From an uncultured Clostridiaceae bacterium (GTDB lineage: Bacteria > Bacillota > Clostridia > Saccharofermentanales > UBA5734), in contig OW818697.1 in the NCBI GenBank assembly GCA_942493365.1, forward strand, positions 2,276,093 to 2,340,092: DNA of 64,000 nucleotides. The letters are read 5' to 3'. Of the stretch, positions 45,752-56,900 are shown piece after piece. Numbering within the stretch: position 1 is the stretch's first letter; each line of letters opens with the position of its first letter. The translations under genes were made by a program, and so were the position numbers. The notes below the pieces were generated by a model. That model had not been told where the DNA came from, searched no databases, and worked only from the letters and a program-made list of their open reading frames with translations.

Positions 45752-47086
45752 TTAGTTGTCTGTTTTTTTAGCGCGGCCTCTGGATTCTCGATAACGGCCG
45801 GGGGTAATGCCGGTCATTTTCTTGAACACTTTGGAAAAATAACTTTGTCCTTCAAACCCGACCAAAGTGGCGATATCGATCAAATCGACCTTTTCATTGA
45901 GCAGGAGTTTCTTGGCGGCATCCACCCGGATGGTATTGACGTAGGCATTGAAATTGCAGTCCATCTCTTCCTTGAAAACCCGGCTGAAATAGGCGGGGCT
46001 GAGGAATACGCAAGCCGCGGCCTCCTCCAGCGTGATGCGGTTCATGTAATTCTTTTTGATAAAATCGACGGCGCGATAGATGACATCAGCATGCTTGACA
46101 TTGGTCAGATTGAAGACCTGATCGGTAAAGCGGGCCATGATGCCAGATAGCCAATAGGCGATCTCGTCGATGTTGCGAAAGGAATTGATTTTGCCCAGAT
46201 AGGTAAAATTGAGACCGAAGATCTGCTGAACATCGGCGCCGCCGCGGATTGCCGCGCGTGACAGCAGGACGACCAGTTCAATGACACGGGCGCGCATGAT
46301 GTCGATGCTGCCGCTGCTGGAAAAAAAGATGTAGCCGAGAATTTCGTTGAGAATCCGCTGCGAGGCTGGTTTGTCACCTGTCTCGATCTTCTCCAGCAGT
46401 TGCCGCTCCTTTTCAATCGGATAGGCCATGGCCTCGTCATCCTTGGTCGCGAACATTTTCATGAAATTGATTTGTTCCCAGAGTTGGGCCTGAAGATCAC
46501 CGGATTCGCGTTTGATCTGCAGCGCCGTGTAAGATTCGTCAGAAAGCGCGCAGGCTGCAAGGCTCAGCAGTTCACTCAGGGCGTTGATTCTGCTCGTGCC
46601 AATGACTGGCACGGTCTTCATGCGGCGTCGGAGTTCGGGCATGAAGTCAGGGTGAATGCCGTTTTTGGCTACGAGTTCCTCAATGAGGAAATCGTCTGGG
46701 TCGACCATCAGCGCCGGTCCAGCTAACAACGCCGCAACAACGTTGTTGTCAGTCATGATCGGAGCTGCCCAATGGGTCAGGCCGAGCGGGCAAAAGTAAA
46801 CGTATTGGCCGCCAAAGCGTTCAGCCTGATAGCAGCCGTACAGATGGGAGTTGGCACAGATTTTGGAAATGCCGCCATTTTCGCCCGAACCGCCACCGGG
46901 CAGGACCATCCCGGCAAATTCACAGATCTGGGTCTGCGTGACGTTTGGGACTTCAAGATGCAGTGTTTCACCCAGGGGATCGATCACGCGGCAGGCTACG
47001 CCGCAAGAACTGCTGTAGCTCGCCGCAGCTTTTATCAGCTTTTTGAGGTTGATGCCAAGCTGTTCTTTCGATTCCGCCATTGCCAA
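45752..47086 (-). CDS. AraC-family transcriptional regulator with an N-terminal PocR-like sensory domain
   Basis: The C-terminal AraC HTH pair is ITLEEAAACVFLSPAYFSRVFKEEM...IDIATLVGFEGQSYFSKVFKKMTGITPGRYR. The Cys-containing N-terminal half is PocR-like. A TTG start lies 7 nt after GGAGG. Confidence 0.75.
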   Translation of the reverse strand: MAMAESKEQLGINLKKLIKAAASYSSSCGVACRVIDPLGETLHLEVPNVTQTQICEFAGMVLPGGGSGENGGISKICANSHLYGCYQAERFGGQYVYFCPLGLTHWAAPIMTDNNVVAALLAGPALMVDPDDFLIEELVAKNGIHPDFMPELRRRMKTVPVIGTSRINALSELLSLAACALSDESYTALQIKRESGDLQAQLWEQINFMKMFATKDDEAMAYPIEKERQLLEKIETGDKPASQRILNEILGYIFFSSSGSIDIMRARVIELVVLLSRAAIRGGADVQQIFGLNFTYLGKINSFRNIDEIAYWLSGIMARFTDQVFNLTNVKHADVIYRAVDFIKKNYMNRITLEEAAACVFLSPAYFSRVFKEEMDCNFNAYVNTIRVDAAKKLLLNEKVDLIDIATLVGFEGQSYFSKVFKKMTGITPGRYRESRGRAKKTDN

Positions 47087-47192
47087 ACTACTACCTCCGC
47101 CACCTGAGCCTCATTTTAAAACAGATTGCAACAAGGTGATGCAACATTTTTATCCTGTTTTGTAATTAACAGTCTAATCTTGTCATGGCGAA

Positions 47193-49511
47193 TCAGTGCC
47201 CACGACGCACCTCGATAACGTCGCGAATCGCCTTGATGCGGCCCAGCACACGGTCGTACTGGTTCTGGTTGCTGACTTCAATGGTCATGATCAGCGTCGC
47301 CGTGACATCCTTCATGGCCGTGATCTGCCCCGACAGGATCGATACTTTCTCCTCGGCTATGGCGTTGGAGATGTCGGCCAGCAGGTGGCGGCGATCACGA
47401 GCCAGGATTTTCAGCTCCACCTGATAGGACGAGTTGGACTCTTCTTTGGCCCAGGCGACATCGATCAGACGCGACGCACGCTCAGCATCTGCGCCAGATC
47501 CGACAGCTGCGGACAGCAGATTGCGAATGTTGCTGCAGTCGGTCCGATGGACCGCGACGCCTTTGCCGCGCGTGACATAGCCAATGATGGCGTCACCGGG
47601 CACCGGGCTGCAGCAGCGTGACAATTTGACGAGGCAATTATCGATGCCTTTGACGATGATGCCCTGGTCAAACCGCGCTGCCGGGCGTGTTTTGGGTGTG
47701 CGCTGCAGGGCTTGGGCAGCTTCTTCCAACGTCATGTTGGCGGTCTGCGGGCTGTAAACAAGCTGGCCTGATGGGGTGATCCGATAGCCCAGCTTGATGC
47801 GTTCGTCCTCGGGCAGGTTGCGGATGTGCTCGTCACGCAAGCGCGGGATGATCTTGCCCGCCGACAGACCCCCGTAGCCGATCGCGGCATAAAGGTCTTC
47901 GAGCGAGTTGATGGTGTGACGGCGGTAAATCGGCTCAAGCTGCTCCTGCTTGAGCAGTTGCGCCGGTGTAAATCCGGTCTTGCGGATTTCGCGCTCGACG
48001 ATCTCCTTGCCGCGCACGACGTTTTCCTCGCGCATCTCCTTTTTAAACCACTGGCTGATTTTGGTGCGGGCTGATGTGCTTTTAACAATCTTGAGCCAGT
48101 CGCGGCTGGGGCCGTGGACCTTCTCGGAGGTCAAAATGTCAACGATGTCGCCGTTCTTGAGTTCATAGGTCAACGGCACAATGCGGCCATTGACTTTGGC
48201 CCCGTACATTTTATTGCCTATGCCACTGTGAATGTTATACGCAAAGTCGATTGGCACCGAACCGGCCGGCAGCGAGCGCACTTCGCCCTTGGGCGTGAAG
48301 ACGAACACCTCGTCAGCGACCAGGCCGCTCTTCAGCGATTCCATGAATTCACCTGGTTCACGCATGTCCTTCTGCCAGTCCATCAGCTGACGCAGCCAGT
48401 TCAGTTTGCTGTCGAGCTGATCGTTGCGCGCGCTGGCCGGTGTGTTTTCCTTGTAACGCCAGTGCGCCGCGATGCCGTACTCGGCGATGCGATGCATGGC
48501 AATGGTGCGGATCTGAACCTCAAAGGGAATGCCGCGCGGCCCGATGACTGTTGAATGCAGCGACTGATACATGTTGGGTTTGGGCATGGCGATGTAATCT
48601 TTGAAGCGGCCGGGCATCGGTTTGTAGAGTTCGTGCACCAGTCCGAGCACGGCATAGCAGTCGGCGACCGAGTCGACGATGATGCGCGTGGCGAACAGGT
48701 CATAGATCTGGTCCAAACCCTTGTCTTGTTTCTGCATTTTGCGGTAGATGCTGTAAAAATGCTTGGGACGACCGTCAATCTCGGCATTGATGCCCATTTC
48801 GTTGATTTTGGTCTGCAGCTGGGTGACAATTTCCTCGAGGTATTTCTCCCGCTCCGAACGTTTTTGCGAAATTGAGCCAACCAGCTCGTAATAGGCCTCG
48901 CTGTCGATGTAGCGCAGGCACAGATCTTCAAGCTCCCATTTGATCTTGTAAATTCCCAGACGATGCGCCAGCGGTGCGTAGATATCTAGGGTTTCGCGGG
49001 CTTTATCCTGCTGTTTGTCGGCGCTCATGTGACGGATGGTGCGCATGTTGTGCAGGCGATCGGCCAGTTTGATCAGCACAACGCGAATGTCCTTGGCCAT
49101 GGCCAGGAACATCTTGCGGAAGTTCTCGGCCTGAACTTCTTCTTTGGACGAATACGGGATGCGGCTCAGTTTGGTGACGCCGTCGACCAGGCAAGCAACG
49201 TCCTCGCCAAAATCGACCTTGATTTCCGCGATGGTTTTGCCTGTATCTTCGACCGTGTCGTGGAGCAGTGCGGCAATCAGGGTATCGCAGTCGACTTCGA
49301 GCTCGGTCAGAATTTCAGCCACCGCCAGGGGGTGGATGATGTAAGGTTCACCGGTCGCGCGGCGCTGCTCGCCATGCGCGCTCAAAGCATAGTCGTAGGC
49401 TTTGATGATATTATCGGCGTTGTCTTCGCCGGTGTAGGCCAGATAACGCTGCACAATCGTGGTCAGAATCGGGCTGTTCCTGATCAGGGGGCCTGTCGGA
49501 TGAGCGGTCAT
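47193..49511 (-). CDS. relA: Bifunctional (p)ppGpp synthetase/hydrolase (RelA/SpoT homolog)
   Basis: The HD hydrolase motif is HPLAVA...HDTVEDT. The synthetase region has RFKDYIAMPKPNMYQSLH. TGS and ACT C-terminal domains are present. It overlaps the recJ stop by 4 nt. Confidence 0.93.
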   Translation of the reverse strand: MTAHPTGPLIRNSPILTTIVQRYLAYTGEDNADNIIKAYDYALSAHGEQRRATGEPYIIHPLAVAEILTELEVDCDTLIAALLHDTVEDTGKTIAEIKVDFGEDVACLVDGVTKLSRIPYSSKEEVQAENFRKMFLAMAKDIRVVLIKLADRLHNMRTIRHMSADKQQDKARETLDIYAPLAHRLGIYKIKWELEDLCLRYIDSEAYYELVGSISQKRSEREKYLEEIVTQLQTKINEMGINAEIDGRPKHFYSIYRKMQKQDKGLDQIYDLFATRIIVDSVADCYAVLGLVHELYKPMPGRFKDYIAMPKPNMYQSLHSTVIGPRGIPFEVQIRTIAMHRIAEYGIAAHWRYKENTPASARNDQLDSKLNWLRQLMDWQKDMREPGEFMESLKSGLVADEVFVFTPKGEVRSLPAGSVPIDFAYNIHSGIGNKMYGAKVNGRIVPLTYELKNGDIVDILTSEKVHGPSRDWLKIVKSTSARTKISQWFKKEMREENVVRGKEIVEREIRKTGFTPAQLLKQEQLEPIYRRHTINSLEDLYAAIGYGGLSAGKIIPRLRDEHIRNLPEDERIKLGYRITPSGQLVYSPQTANMTLEEAAQALQRTPKTRPAARFDQGIIVKGIDNCLVKLSRCCSPVPGDAIIGYVTRGKGVAVHRTDCSNIRNLLSAAVGSGADAERASRLIDVAWAKEESNSSYQVELKILARDRRHLLADISNAIAEEKVSILSGQITAMKDVTATLIMTIEVSNQNQYDRVLGRIKAIRDVIEVRRGH

Positions 49512-51598
49512 AATACCACCTCCTCAGCCTGGAGTCGCTGGTAGGTCGGCGAATCTTCCAGCCGCACGCGCGCTTCTGCCGGCAGGAGGGCCAGGCGGAT
49601 GCGGTCGGCGCCGAGCTGCTGGAGGTTGATCAGGTCGATTTCTTGGAAAACCGAGAGAATGCGGGTCAGCCGGAAGCCATTGAGGTTGATACCATAACTG
49701 CGGGCGATCCGCAGCGCCAAGAGCGAAAGATCGGCCAGCAGGGGTTGCTCGGCATAGCGGGCGCGAATAAACTGATAAACGGCTTTGTATTCATCATGGG
49801 TCGGCCGCAGCGCTTCGATCGGCAGTTGGTACTTCAACATCAGCTCTTTGAGCGCTATTTTATGGTTAAACAAATCTTCGGCTATCCAAGGCTGATCGGT
49901 GAATTCGCTCCGATTGCCGCTCTGCTTGATGTCGCGGATGATCAACTGGACGGTGGAGCGACCCATCCAGGTGTTGATTTCCAAACCGAACAGCACATCC
50001 ACCGGTTCACCGACTTCGAAAAGATCGTCGGAGTCTCCCATGCCGAAAGCTATGCCCTCCAGACCAGCTACTGTTTTGGGATTGAGCAGACGGATCTTCA
50101 GGTGACGTCCGTTGCCGGTTGGCTGCATCGAAGACAGCGTCAGCCCGCGGCAGATCATCTGGGGCTGTGGATTGTCTTCGCCAAAAGGTGCCAGTTGCAG
50201 CAAAGCGCTGGCGTTGTCCAGGGTCAGTTCGGATGGCTCCGCTTCGATGTCAGCCAAAAGGACCGGCCGCAGTTGGTCCGGCCGCAGCGTGCGGGCTGCA
50301 TAGTCATTGACGACTCGCTTGAAGTCGGCAAAGCGGTCGGCTTCGACGACCAGCCCGGCAGCCTTGCGATGGCCGCCGAATTTGACGGTGAAGTCAGCCG
50401 CCGCTGAAATCGCGGCCAGAATATCATAGTCACCCCAGGTGCGTGAGGAGCCGCGCAGTTGGCCATCTTCGCCGGTCAGAACGATGACGGGGCGGCAATA
50501 CTGCTCGGCCAGCCGGGAGGCGACGATGCCGATGATGCCCTGGTGCCAATTCTCATGGGCAAGAATTATCAAGTCGGTGCCGGCAAAGTCAAAGGTGCTG
50601 TCGATTTCGCGAACCGCCTCGGCCATGATCTCGGCCTCCATTTCCTGACGGCGGCGGTTGAGTTCAACCAGGCTGGCGGCGGCCTCGGCAGCGATCTGCG
50701 GATCCTCGGTCAGCAGCAGGTCGAGCGCAACGTTGGCGTTTCCCAGGCGGCCGGCGGCATTGATGCGCGGTGCCAGAACGTAGCCGAAGGTCTGCGTTGT
50801 CACGGCAGTTTCAGCGATGTTGACGGTTGCCAGCAGGGCAGACAGACCGAGCTGCCGTTTTTGCGGCATACGCGCCAGTCCAGCGGTGACAATGACGCGG
50901 TTTTCGTCCAAGAGCGGCACGACATCGGCGACGGTGCCCAGCGCAGCCAATTCGAGGTCGGCCTGCCACAAATCGCCTAATGCGAGCTGCTGACAGAGCG
51001 CCTGAATCAGTTTGAGCGCGACCCCAACGCCGGCCAGACCGCGGAAGGGGTACTCGCTGTCCGGACGTTTGGGGTTGACCACCGCAAGGGCTTCGGGCAG
51101 TTGGGATCGACATTCGTGATGATCGGTCACGATGACCTTGATGCCGGCGCGGGTCAACTGACTGATCTCGTCGAGGCTGGCTATGCCGCAGTCGACCGTG
51201 ACCAGCACGGTGGCGCCCGATTCCAGGATGCGGCTGACACCGGCATCAGTCAAGCCATAGCCATCGGTCATGCGATCGGGTATGAAGTTGAGACAGGTAG
51301 CGCCCTGACGACGCAAAAAGCGGGTTAGCAGCGCCGTCGCTGTGATCCCGTCAACGTCATAGTCGCCTTGAACAGCGATCGTCTCATGATTGGCCATTGC
51401 TGCGATCAAAACGGAACAGGCCTTGCTCATGTCCGGCAGCAAGAAAGGGTCGTAGAGATCACTCAGCGACGGGTTGAAGAAGGCCGCCCTTTGCGCTGGG
51501 TCGCGCAGGCCGCGGCCGATCATGATCCGCTCAGCCAGCGTGCCATTGGCCGGCATACCGGGATTGAGACGCCATTCTTTGCTCATCAGCAGGGTCAT
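49508..51598 (-). CDS. recJ: Single-stranded-DNA-specific exonuclease RecJ
   Basis: DHH motifs are present (VQGDYDVDGITA, TVDCG, VTDHH). The DHHA1 domain has GGHRKAAG. 696 aa. Confidence 0.92.
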   Translation of the reverse strand: MTLLMSKEWRLNPGMPANGTLAERIMIGRGLRDPAQRAAFFNPSLSDLYDPFLLPDMSKACSVLIAAMANHETIAVQGDYDVDGITATALLTRFLRRQGATCLNFIPDRMTDGYGLTDAGVSRILESGATVLVTVDCGIASLDEISQLTRAGIKVIVTDHHECRSQLPEALAVVNPKRPDSEYPFRGLAGVGVALKLIQALCQQLALGDLWQADLELAALGTVADVVPLLDENRVIVTAGLARMPQKRQLGLSALLATVNIAETAVTTQTFGYVLAPRINAAGRLGNANVALDLLLTEDPQIAAEAAASLVELNRRRQEMEAEIMAEAVREIDSTFDFAGTDLIILAHENWHQGIIGIVASRLAEQYCRPVIVLTGEDGQLRGSSRTWGDYDILAAISAAADFTVKFGGHRKAAGLVVEADRFADFKRVVNDYAARTLRPDQLRPVLLADIEAEPSELTLDNASALLQLAPFGEDNPQPQMICRGLTLSSMQPTGNGRHLKIRLLNPKTVAGLEGIAFGMGDSDDLFEVGEPVDVLFGLEINTWMGRSTVQLIIRDIKQSGNRSEFTDQPWIAEDLFNHKIALKELMLKYQLPIEALRPTHDEYKAVYQFIRARYAEQPLLADLSLLALRIARSYGINLNGFRLTRILSVFQEIDLINLQQLGADRIRLALLPAEARVRLEDSPTYQRLQAEEVVL

Positions 51599-51626
51599 TC
51601 TTCCGCAACCTCCTTCCTGATGTGTG

Positions 51627-51664
51627 AAAAGAGAGCCCGATATCTGTACATCGACATCGAGCTC
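51627..51664 (-). terminator. Probable terminator after the rpsU-yqeY unit
   Basis: The minus strand reads GAGCTCGAT-(12-nt loop)-ATCGGGCTC, a 9-bp stem including one G-U pair. It is followed by TCTTTTC, a short U tract. Confidence 0.45.
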
Positions 51665-51697
51665 CCATTTGCAATCCTTTGATTGTTCGAAAAAACC

Positions 51698-52144
51698 TCA
51701 GTCCAGTAAGCGTTTGACAATCTGGTTGACCAGTTTGCCGTCAGCCTTGCCTTTGACGTCCGGCATCAGGACTTTCATGACCTGACCCATGTCTCTGGCA
51801 GACTGGGCTCCCGAACTGCTGATGGCCTGGCGGACCAGGGCTTCAATCTCAGCCTCGGAAAGCTGCTTGGGCAGATACTCTTCGATGATGGCCATTTCAG
51901 CGCGGTTTTTGTCAATCATATCCTGACGGTTGGCACCGGCTAGATCTTCAATGGTTTCGACCCGCTTCTTGTACTCTTTTGCCATGATATCGGCCATACC
52001 GGCTTCATCCAGCTCGGTCCGGGAATCCTTTTCGACTTGGAGAATGGCAGCACGCATGATTTGCAGCATATCCTTACGCAGGGTGTCCTTTTCGCGCATC
52101 GCCGTCTTGAGATCATCCAAAAGGCGTTCTTTCATGTTTGTCAT
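51698..52144 (-). CDS. GatB/YqeY domain protein
   Basis: 148 aa. It begins MKERLLDDLKTAMREKD and contains SARDMGQVMKVLMP, typical of YqeY. It lies immediately downstream of rpsU. Confidence 0.85.
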   Translation of the reverse strand: MTNMKERLLDDLKTAMREKDTLRKDMLQIMRAAILQVEKDSRTELDEAGMADIMAKEYKKRVETIEDLAGANRQDMIDKNRAEMAIIEEYLPKQLSEAEIEALVRQAISSSGAQSARDMGQVMKVLMPDVKGKADGKLVNQIVKRLLD

Positions 52145-52146
52145 GA

Positions 52147-52320
52147 TCAGCGCTTCCTCTTTCTGGCAGCCTCGGACTTTTTCTTGCGTTTGACACTGGG
52201 TTTTTCGTAATGTTCACGTTTGCGAACTTCCGCAAGAACGCCGGACCGGGCACAGGAACGCTTGAATCGTCTCAATGCACTGTCAAGGGACTCGTTTTCT
52301 TTTACTCTTACTTCTGACAT
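52147..52320 (-). CDS. rpsU: 30S ribosomal protein S21 (not in the ORF track, 57 aa)
   Basis: My hand translation of the minus strand gives [63 protein letters not shown] lies 7 nt upstream. Confidence 0.9.
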   Translation of the reverse strand: MSEVRVKENESLDSALRRFKRSCARSGVLAEVRKREHYEKPSVKRKKKSEAARKRKR

Positions 52321-52401
52321 CTTTTTTCCCTCCCCTCACGGCGATGAATGGGGCTGTCCGCCGATTGACACGTCTGGCGGCTCCAGGCGATATCATGCAA
52401 T

Positions 52402-52431
52402 ATTATACAAGCATCCGCCCGTCGGCGTCAA
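52402..52431 (-). promoter_or_regulatory. rpsU promoter
   Basis: On the minus strand: TTGACG (52431-52426), an 18-nt spacer, then TATAAT (52407-52402). A GC-rich leader of ~80 nt follows, which can form hairpins. Confidence 0.6.
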
Positions 52432-52442
52432 CTAAAATCCGG

Positions 52443-53909
52443 TCAGGGCTCATACGTCAGCCGGCCTTCAATCTTGCGGGACTCATTCTGGTGGTTTCTG
52501 AACCATTCTTCGATGACCTGATAGGCCGATGTTGAGACGACTTTAGCGCCGTCCAGAGCCAGCAGATCGTTGTTGGTGATGGCCAGATTGGCCTTGGAAT
52601 TGGCCAGATGATAGCCCTGGAGCATGATGGTGTAAGTCTGGTCAGCGCGAACGGGCACGCCATCGAGGGTCAGCGCAGTCAGTTTTTGCGCCGCGTCGGA
52701 ATAGACGGCCTTGACCTTGCTGTTGACCTGATAGCACTCACCCTCGCCGTCGCGATTACCAAGCCGCATGATGTGGGCAAAGATTTTTTGGAGCTGCGCG
52801 CCGGATATTTTGTGCCGAGTCAGGCTGTCATCGTAGGGGAAGCAGGCCTTGAGGTCGCCCAGCGTCACCACCGGCCCCAGCGCCTTGACGCGGATCGAGC
52901 CGGCGCCGACCAGCACGACATCCGACTCGGCCGACTCGGCCAGCGCGTCGGCGAAGATGTTGCCCAGCGTGGTTTCGACCTCACGCTTGGGGTGGGTCAG
53001 TTTTTCCGAAAGGCGCGTGACAATGGCGTTGTATTTTTGATCGACCTCGGTTTTGAAGGTCTCGATAAACTTCATCAGGTCGGCGTCGGGCGCGGCGATG
53101 CTCTCGTTGATCGGGATCAGCTGCCACTGCCACTTGATGATGGCGTTGGTGTCGTCGTCCACTTCAATGTCGAAACGGCCGATCTGGTCGGTGCCGGTGC
53201 CGGCTTGGGTGATCAGGATGTTGTTGACCTGCGCCGGCTGCTCCAGGATGGTGTGGGTGTGGCCGCCGATGATCAGGTCAACGCCCCAGGCCGGATCGAG
53301 CATTTTGGCCAGCTCAAGATCCGACTCAAAGCCGATGTGGGTCAGCGCGATTGTCAGGTCGATGTCGCTCTTTTTGTAGGCGTTGCAGATCTTGCCGATT
53401 TCGGCGGCGGCATCTTCAAGCGAGACGAAGGTGCCGATCAGCTTGTCGAGCGAAATAGCGTCCATGACCTTTTCGGTGATGATGCCGGTCAGCAGGATGC
53501 TAAAGCCGGCTTTTTTGATGACGATGTAAGGGTTCATCAGGCGCTTGCCGTATTTTTTGATGTAGAGATTGGCGTTGACGATGGGAAAGTTGGCCATTTT
53601 CTCCATGAACAGCAGGTGCGGCAGACCGTAGTCCAGCTCATGATTGCCCAGCGTGACGGCATCGGGGGCCAGATAGTTCATGATCTCGATGGTCGAGATG
53701 CCCTTGAACTCGGAGTCGATCAGCGAGCCCTGCACCATGTCTCCCGAAATCACGTAGAGGACGTTCTCTTCCTCGGCGCGGACCTTGTTGATGTAGCCGG
53801 ACAGCAGCGCCAGGCCGCCGATCAGGTTGCCGGATTCGCCCTTGGCTTCGGCCAGAAAATCACCGTGCATGTCATTGGAATGAAGGATGGTAAATTTTTT
53901 GCTGTTCAT
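52443..53909 (-). CDS. Cytoplasmic bifunctional metallophosphatase / 5'-nucleotidase (UshA/CpdB family)
   Basis: The N-terminus is FTILHSNDMHGDF, with GNHELDYG downstream and a C-terminal 5'-nucleotidase domain. There is no signal peptide. Its ATG overlaps the stop of the upstream gene (ATGA at 53906-53909). Confidence 0.82.
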   Translation of the reverse strand: MNSKKFTILHSNDMHGDFLAEAKGESGNLIGGLALLSGYINKVRAEEENVLYVISGDMVQGSLIDSEFKGISTIEIMNYLAPDAVTLGNHELDYGLPHLLFMEKMANFPIVNANLYIKKYGKRLMNPYIVIKKAGFSILLTGIITEKVMDAISLDKLIGTFVSLEDAAAEIGKICNAYKKSDIDLTIALTHIGFESDLELAKMLDPAWGVDLIIGGHTHTILEQPAQVNNILITQAGTGTDQIGRFDIEVDDDTNAIIKWQWQLIPINESIAAPDADLMKFIETFKTEVDQKYNAIVTRLSEKLTHPKREVETTLGNIFADALAESAESDVVLVGAGSIRVKALGPVVTLGDLKACFPYDDSLTRHKISGAQLQKIFAHIMRLGNRDGEGECYQVNSKVKAVYSDAAQKLTALTLDGVPVRADQTYTIMLQGYHLANSKANLAITNNDLLALDGAKVVSTSAYQVIEEWFRNHQNESRKIEGRLTYEP

Positions 53910-56900
53910 GCGCTGTCTCCCCATGTTTTTCCTAATACTTTTTCAACAAATACCCTGGCAATTTCCGGATCAAATTGCGTGCCGGCGCAGTGCATAATTT
54001 CCTGAGCCGCTTCCTCTTCGCTGTGTACTTTTTGGTAGGTCCTTATGCTGGTCATGGCGTCGTACGCGTCGGCCAGGCCAATGATTCTAGCCTGCAAGGA
54101 AATCTCGGTGCCTTTCAGACCGCGCGGGTAGCCGCTGCCGTCCCATTTCTCGTGGTGACACAGCACGTCGTTGGCAACCAGCGAAAACTCATTGACCGCA
54201 CTGAGGATGCGGAAACCGATTTCCGGATGTTTCTGGATCTGTTTGAGCTCATGATGATTTAACTTATTATGTGAATTGAGTATGGCTTCGTCAACACCAA
54301 TCTTGCCAATATCGTGCATCAAGCCGGTAATCCTGATTTGTTCAATATCCTTGCGGTTGAAACCCATTTTTTCGGCAATGGCTTCACTCATTTCGCTGAC
54401 GCGCTTGGAATGCGCCATTTCACGGTTGCTTTTTGCAAATAGGGTGCTCATGATCAAATCGATCGTTTTGCTGCGCATACTGGAACTCTCGGACAGCTTG
54501 CGCCGGTACATATCGTCTTCCGCTTGCCTATAGATGTCCTTGATGTCATCCGTGTCTTGCAATTTGACCGCGTAACCAATCGATACCGAGAGGGTAATAT
54601 TGTCCATTTTCTCGTTGGCAATGGCGGCGTTGATGCGCGCGATCAGTTTGTCAGCATGTTCGGAATCGGTTTCCGGCAAGAGAATTGCAAACTCATCGCC
54701 GCCAACCCGGGAGACGATGTCTTCAGCCCGGCACTCTCTTTTCAGTATGCTGGCAACTTTTTCCAGTAAAATGTCGCCGACCCTGTGCCCGAAGGCATCG
54801 TTGGTCAGCTTCAAGCCATTGACATCGGCCATAATCAAGGTGAGATGACTGGCTTTAAGTTGGTCGAGCTGTTTCATCTGATCGTCAAAATGGCGACGAT
54901 TGTAGAGGCCGGTCAGGTGATCGTGGTAGCTGAGATATTCGATTTCATCCTGCTTTTTCTTTTTTTCCGAAACATCACGGAAGACCAGCACCACACCAAT
55001 TATCTGGCCATTGTCCTGCACAATGGGTGCCGCGTTTTGTTCAATCGAACGCTCGGTTCCGTCTTTGCCGATCAGAATGCAGTTGCTGTCGACTTCAATG
55101 ATCTTGCCGCTGCACAGCACGGCATACACAATGTCCTCACAAGGTTCTCGAGATAACTCATCGACAACGGCAAAGACGTCCTGAATCAGTTTGCCTTTTG
55201 CTTGTGATTGCGTCCAGCCGGTCAGTGCTTCGGCGACGCGGTTGACCAGCACAATATGCCCTTGATGGTCGGTCGAAATGACGCCATCGCCAACCGATGC
55301 CAACGTCGTTTTCAACAAACTGTTTTCGTTGGCCAGCGCGATTTCCAGGTTTTTGCGCTCGGTGATCACCTCGGTGTAGATGATGATGCCGCCGATCTGG
55401 CCGTCGTTTTCATACCAAGGCCGGCACTCCCATCGCGTCCAGTCCGTGGTGCCATCGGCTCTGGGGTAGGGATCCTCTTCGGCGCTGGAAATCTCGCCCT
55501 TGAGCGCCTTTTGATGAACAATCCGCCATTTCTGCGGCAGGTCGGGGAAGACGTCGTAATGATGTTTGCCAATGATATCTTTGTCTTCGATGCCGTAATC
55601 GTCCAGATAGCGCTGGCTGACATAAAGGTAATTCAAGTCGCGGTCATGCACGGCAATGGCACTTTTGTTATGCTCAATGATGTAGCGCATCAGCTCATGC
55701 GAATGGGTCAGCTCGATGTCAGCCCGTTTGCGATCAGAGATGTCCAGGATATTGGACAGAATGACCGGCTCGTTGGCAACATGAATGATCTGGGCTGCGA
55801 AAAGGGCTACGATGATCTGTCCATCCTTCTTTCTGAATGAGTATTCCTTGTTGGAGACGGATTCGCCTCGACTCAGTCGGGTCATAACCGCTTCCCGATC
55901 CTTGGGATCGGCCCACAAATTCAGCATGATCGATGAACTGGCCATCGCTTCCTGGCGCGTGTACCCCGAAGCTCGGCAAAAAGCCTCATTGACGTCCAAC
56001 AGCTGACCATCGCTGACCCGAGTGATTGTGATCACGCTAGGTGAAGAATGAAAAATTTTGGCAAACCGCTCCTCACTTTCGCGAAGCTTGAATTCAGCCA
56101 GTTTGCGGCTGGTTATGTCGATCGAGTGGGTCAGCGCCAGAACGACGTTGTTATTTTCATCTTTGATCGGACTGATTGTCGCCTGAAAATAAAGTGTTTT
56201 ATTTTTGAGCGGCACGGTGACTTCCAGCGATTCGCTTGTGCCGGTTCGGAAAACTTTTTGCACGGCAGCAAAGCGATAGTCAGCCTGCTCCTGGTCATAG
56301 ATATCCCAGAATGACTTGCCGATAAAGTATTCCGGAGTCTGGTCAAATGTTTTGGCAAAGACCGAGTTGGTAAATTGATAGACGCCTTTTTCGTCCACGC
56401 AGAAAATGACATCGCAGGAACTTTCGATCAGCGATCGATATTTCATTTCACTAACGCGCAACTCGTTCTCGATCGCTTTGAACTGGCTGATATCACTGAG
56501 CACGGCGCGGCAAACCGTTTGGCCTTGCTCATCCTGCTGTGTCTTCGCGGTCAGATGTGCCCAAAAAACTGACTTGTCGTTTCTGATCATGCGCAGTTCG
56601 CATTGCTGCGGATCGCCCGTGCTAAAAAGGACTTTGCGGTGACGGTAATAAATATCCTGGTCATCCTTGAGAATAAATTTGGATATTGCCTTGCGGACCA
56701 AACCGCCTCTTGGTGTACGCAATAAATCACAGGCGGCCAGATTGGCTTCCAAAACAAGGCCGGCCTCATTAATGGTCGCATAGCCGACCGGCGCCAGATC
56801 GTAAAGATCGAAATAGCGCGTCCTGGCCAGTTCCAGCTCCAACTGAATGCGCCGCAATTCTTCGTTTTGCATTTCGAGTTCGATCTGATGCACCCGCAGC

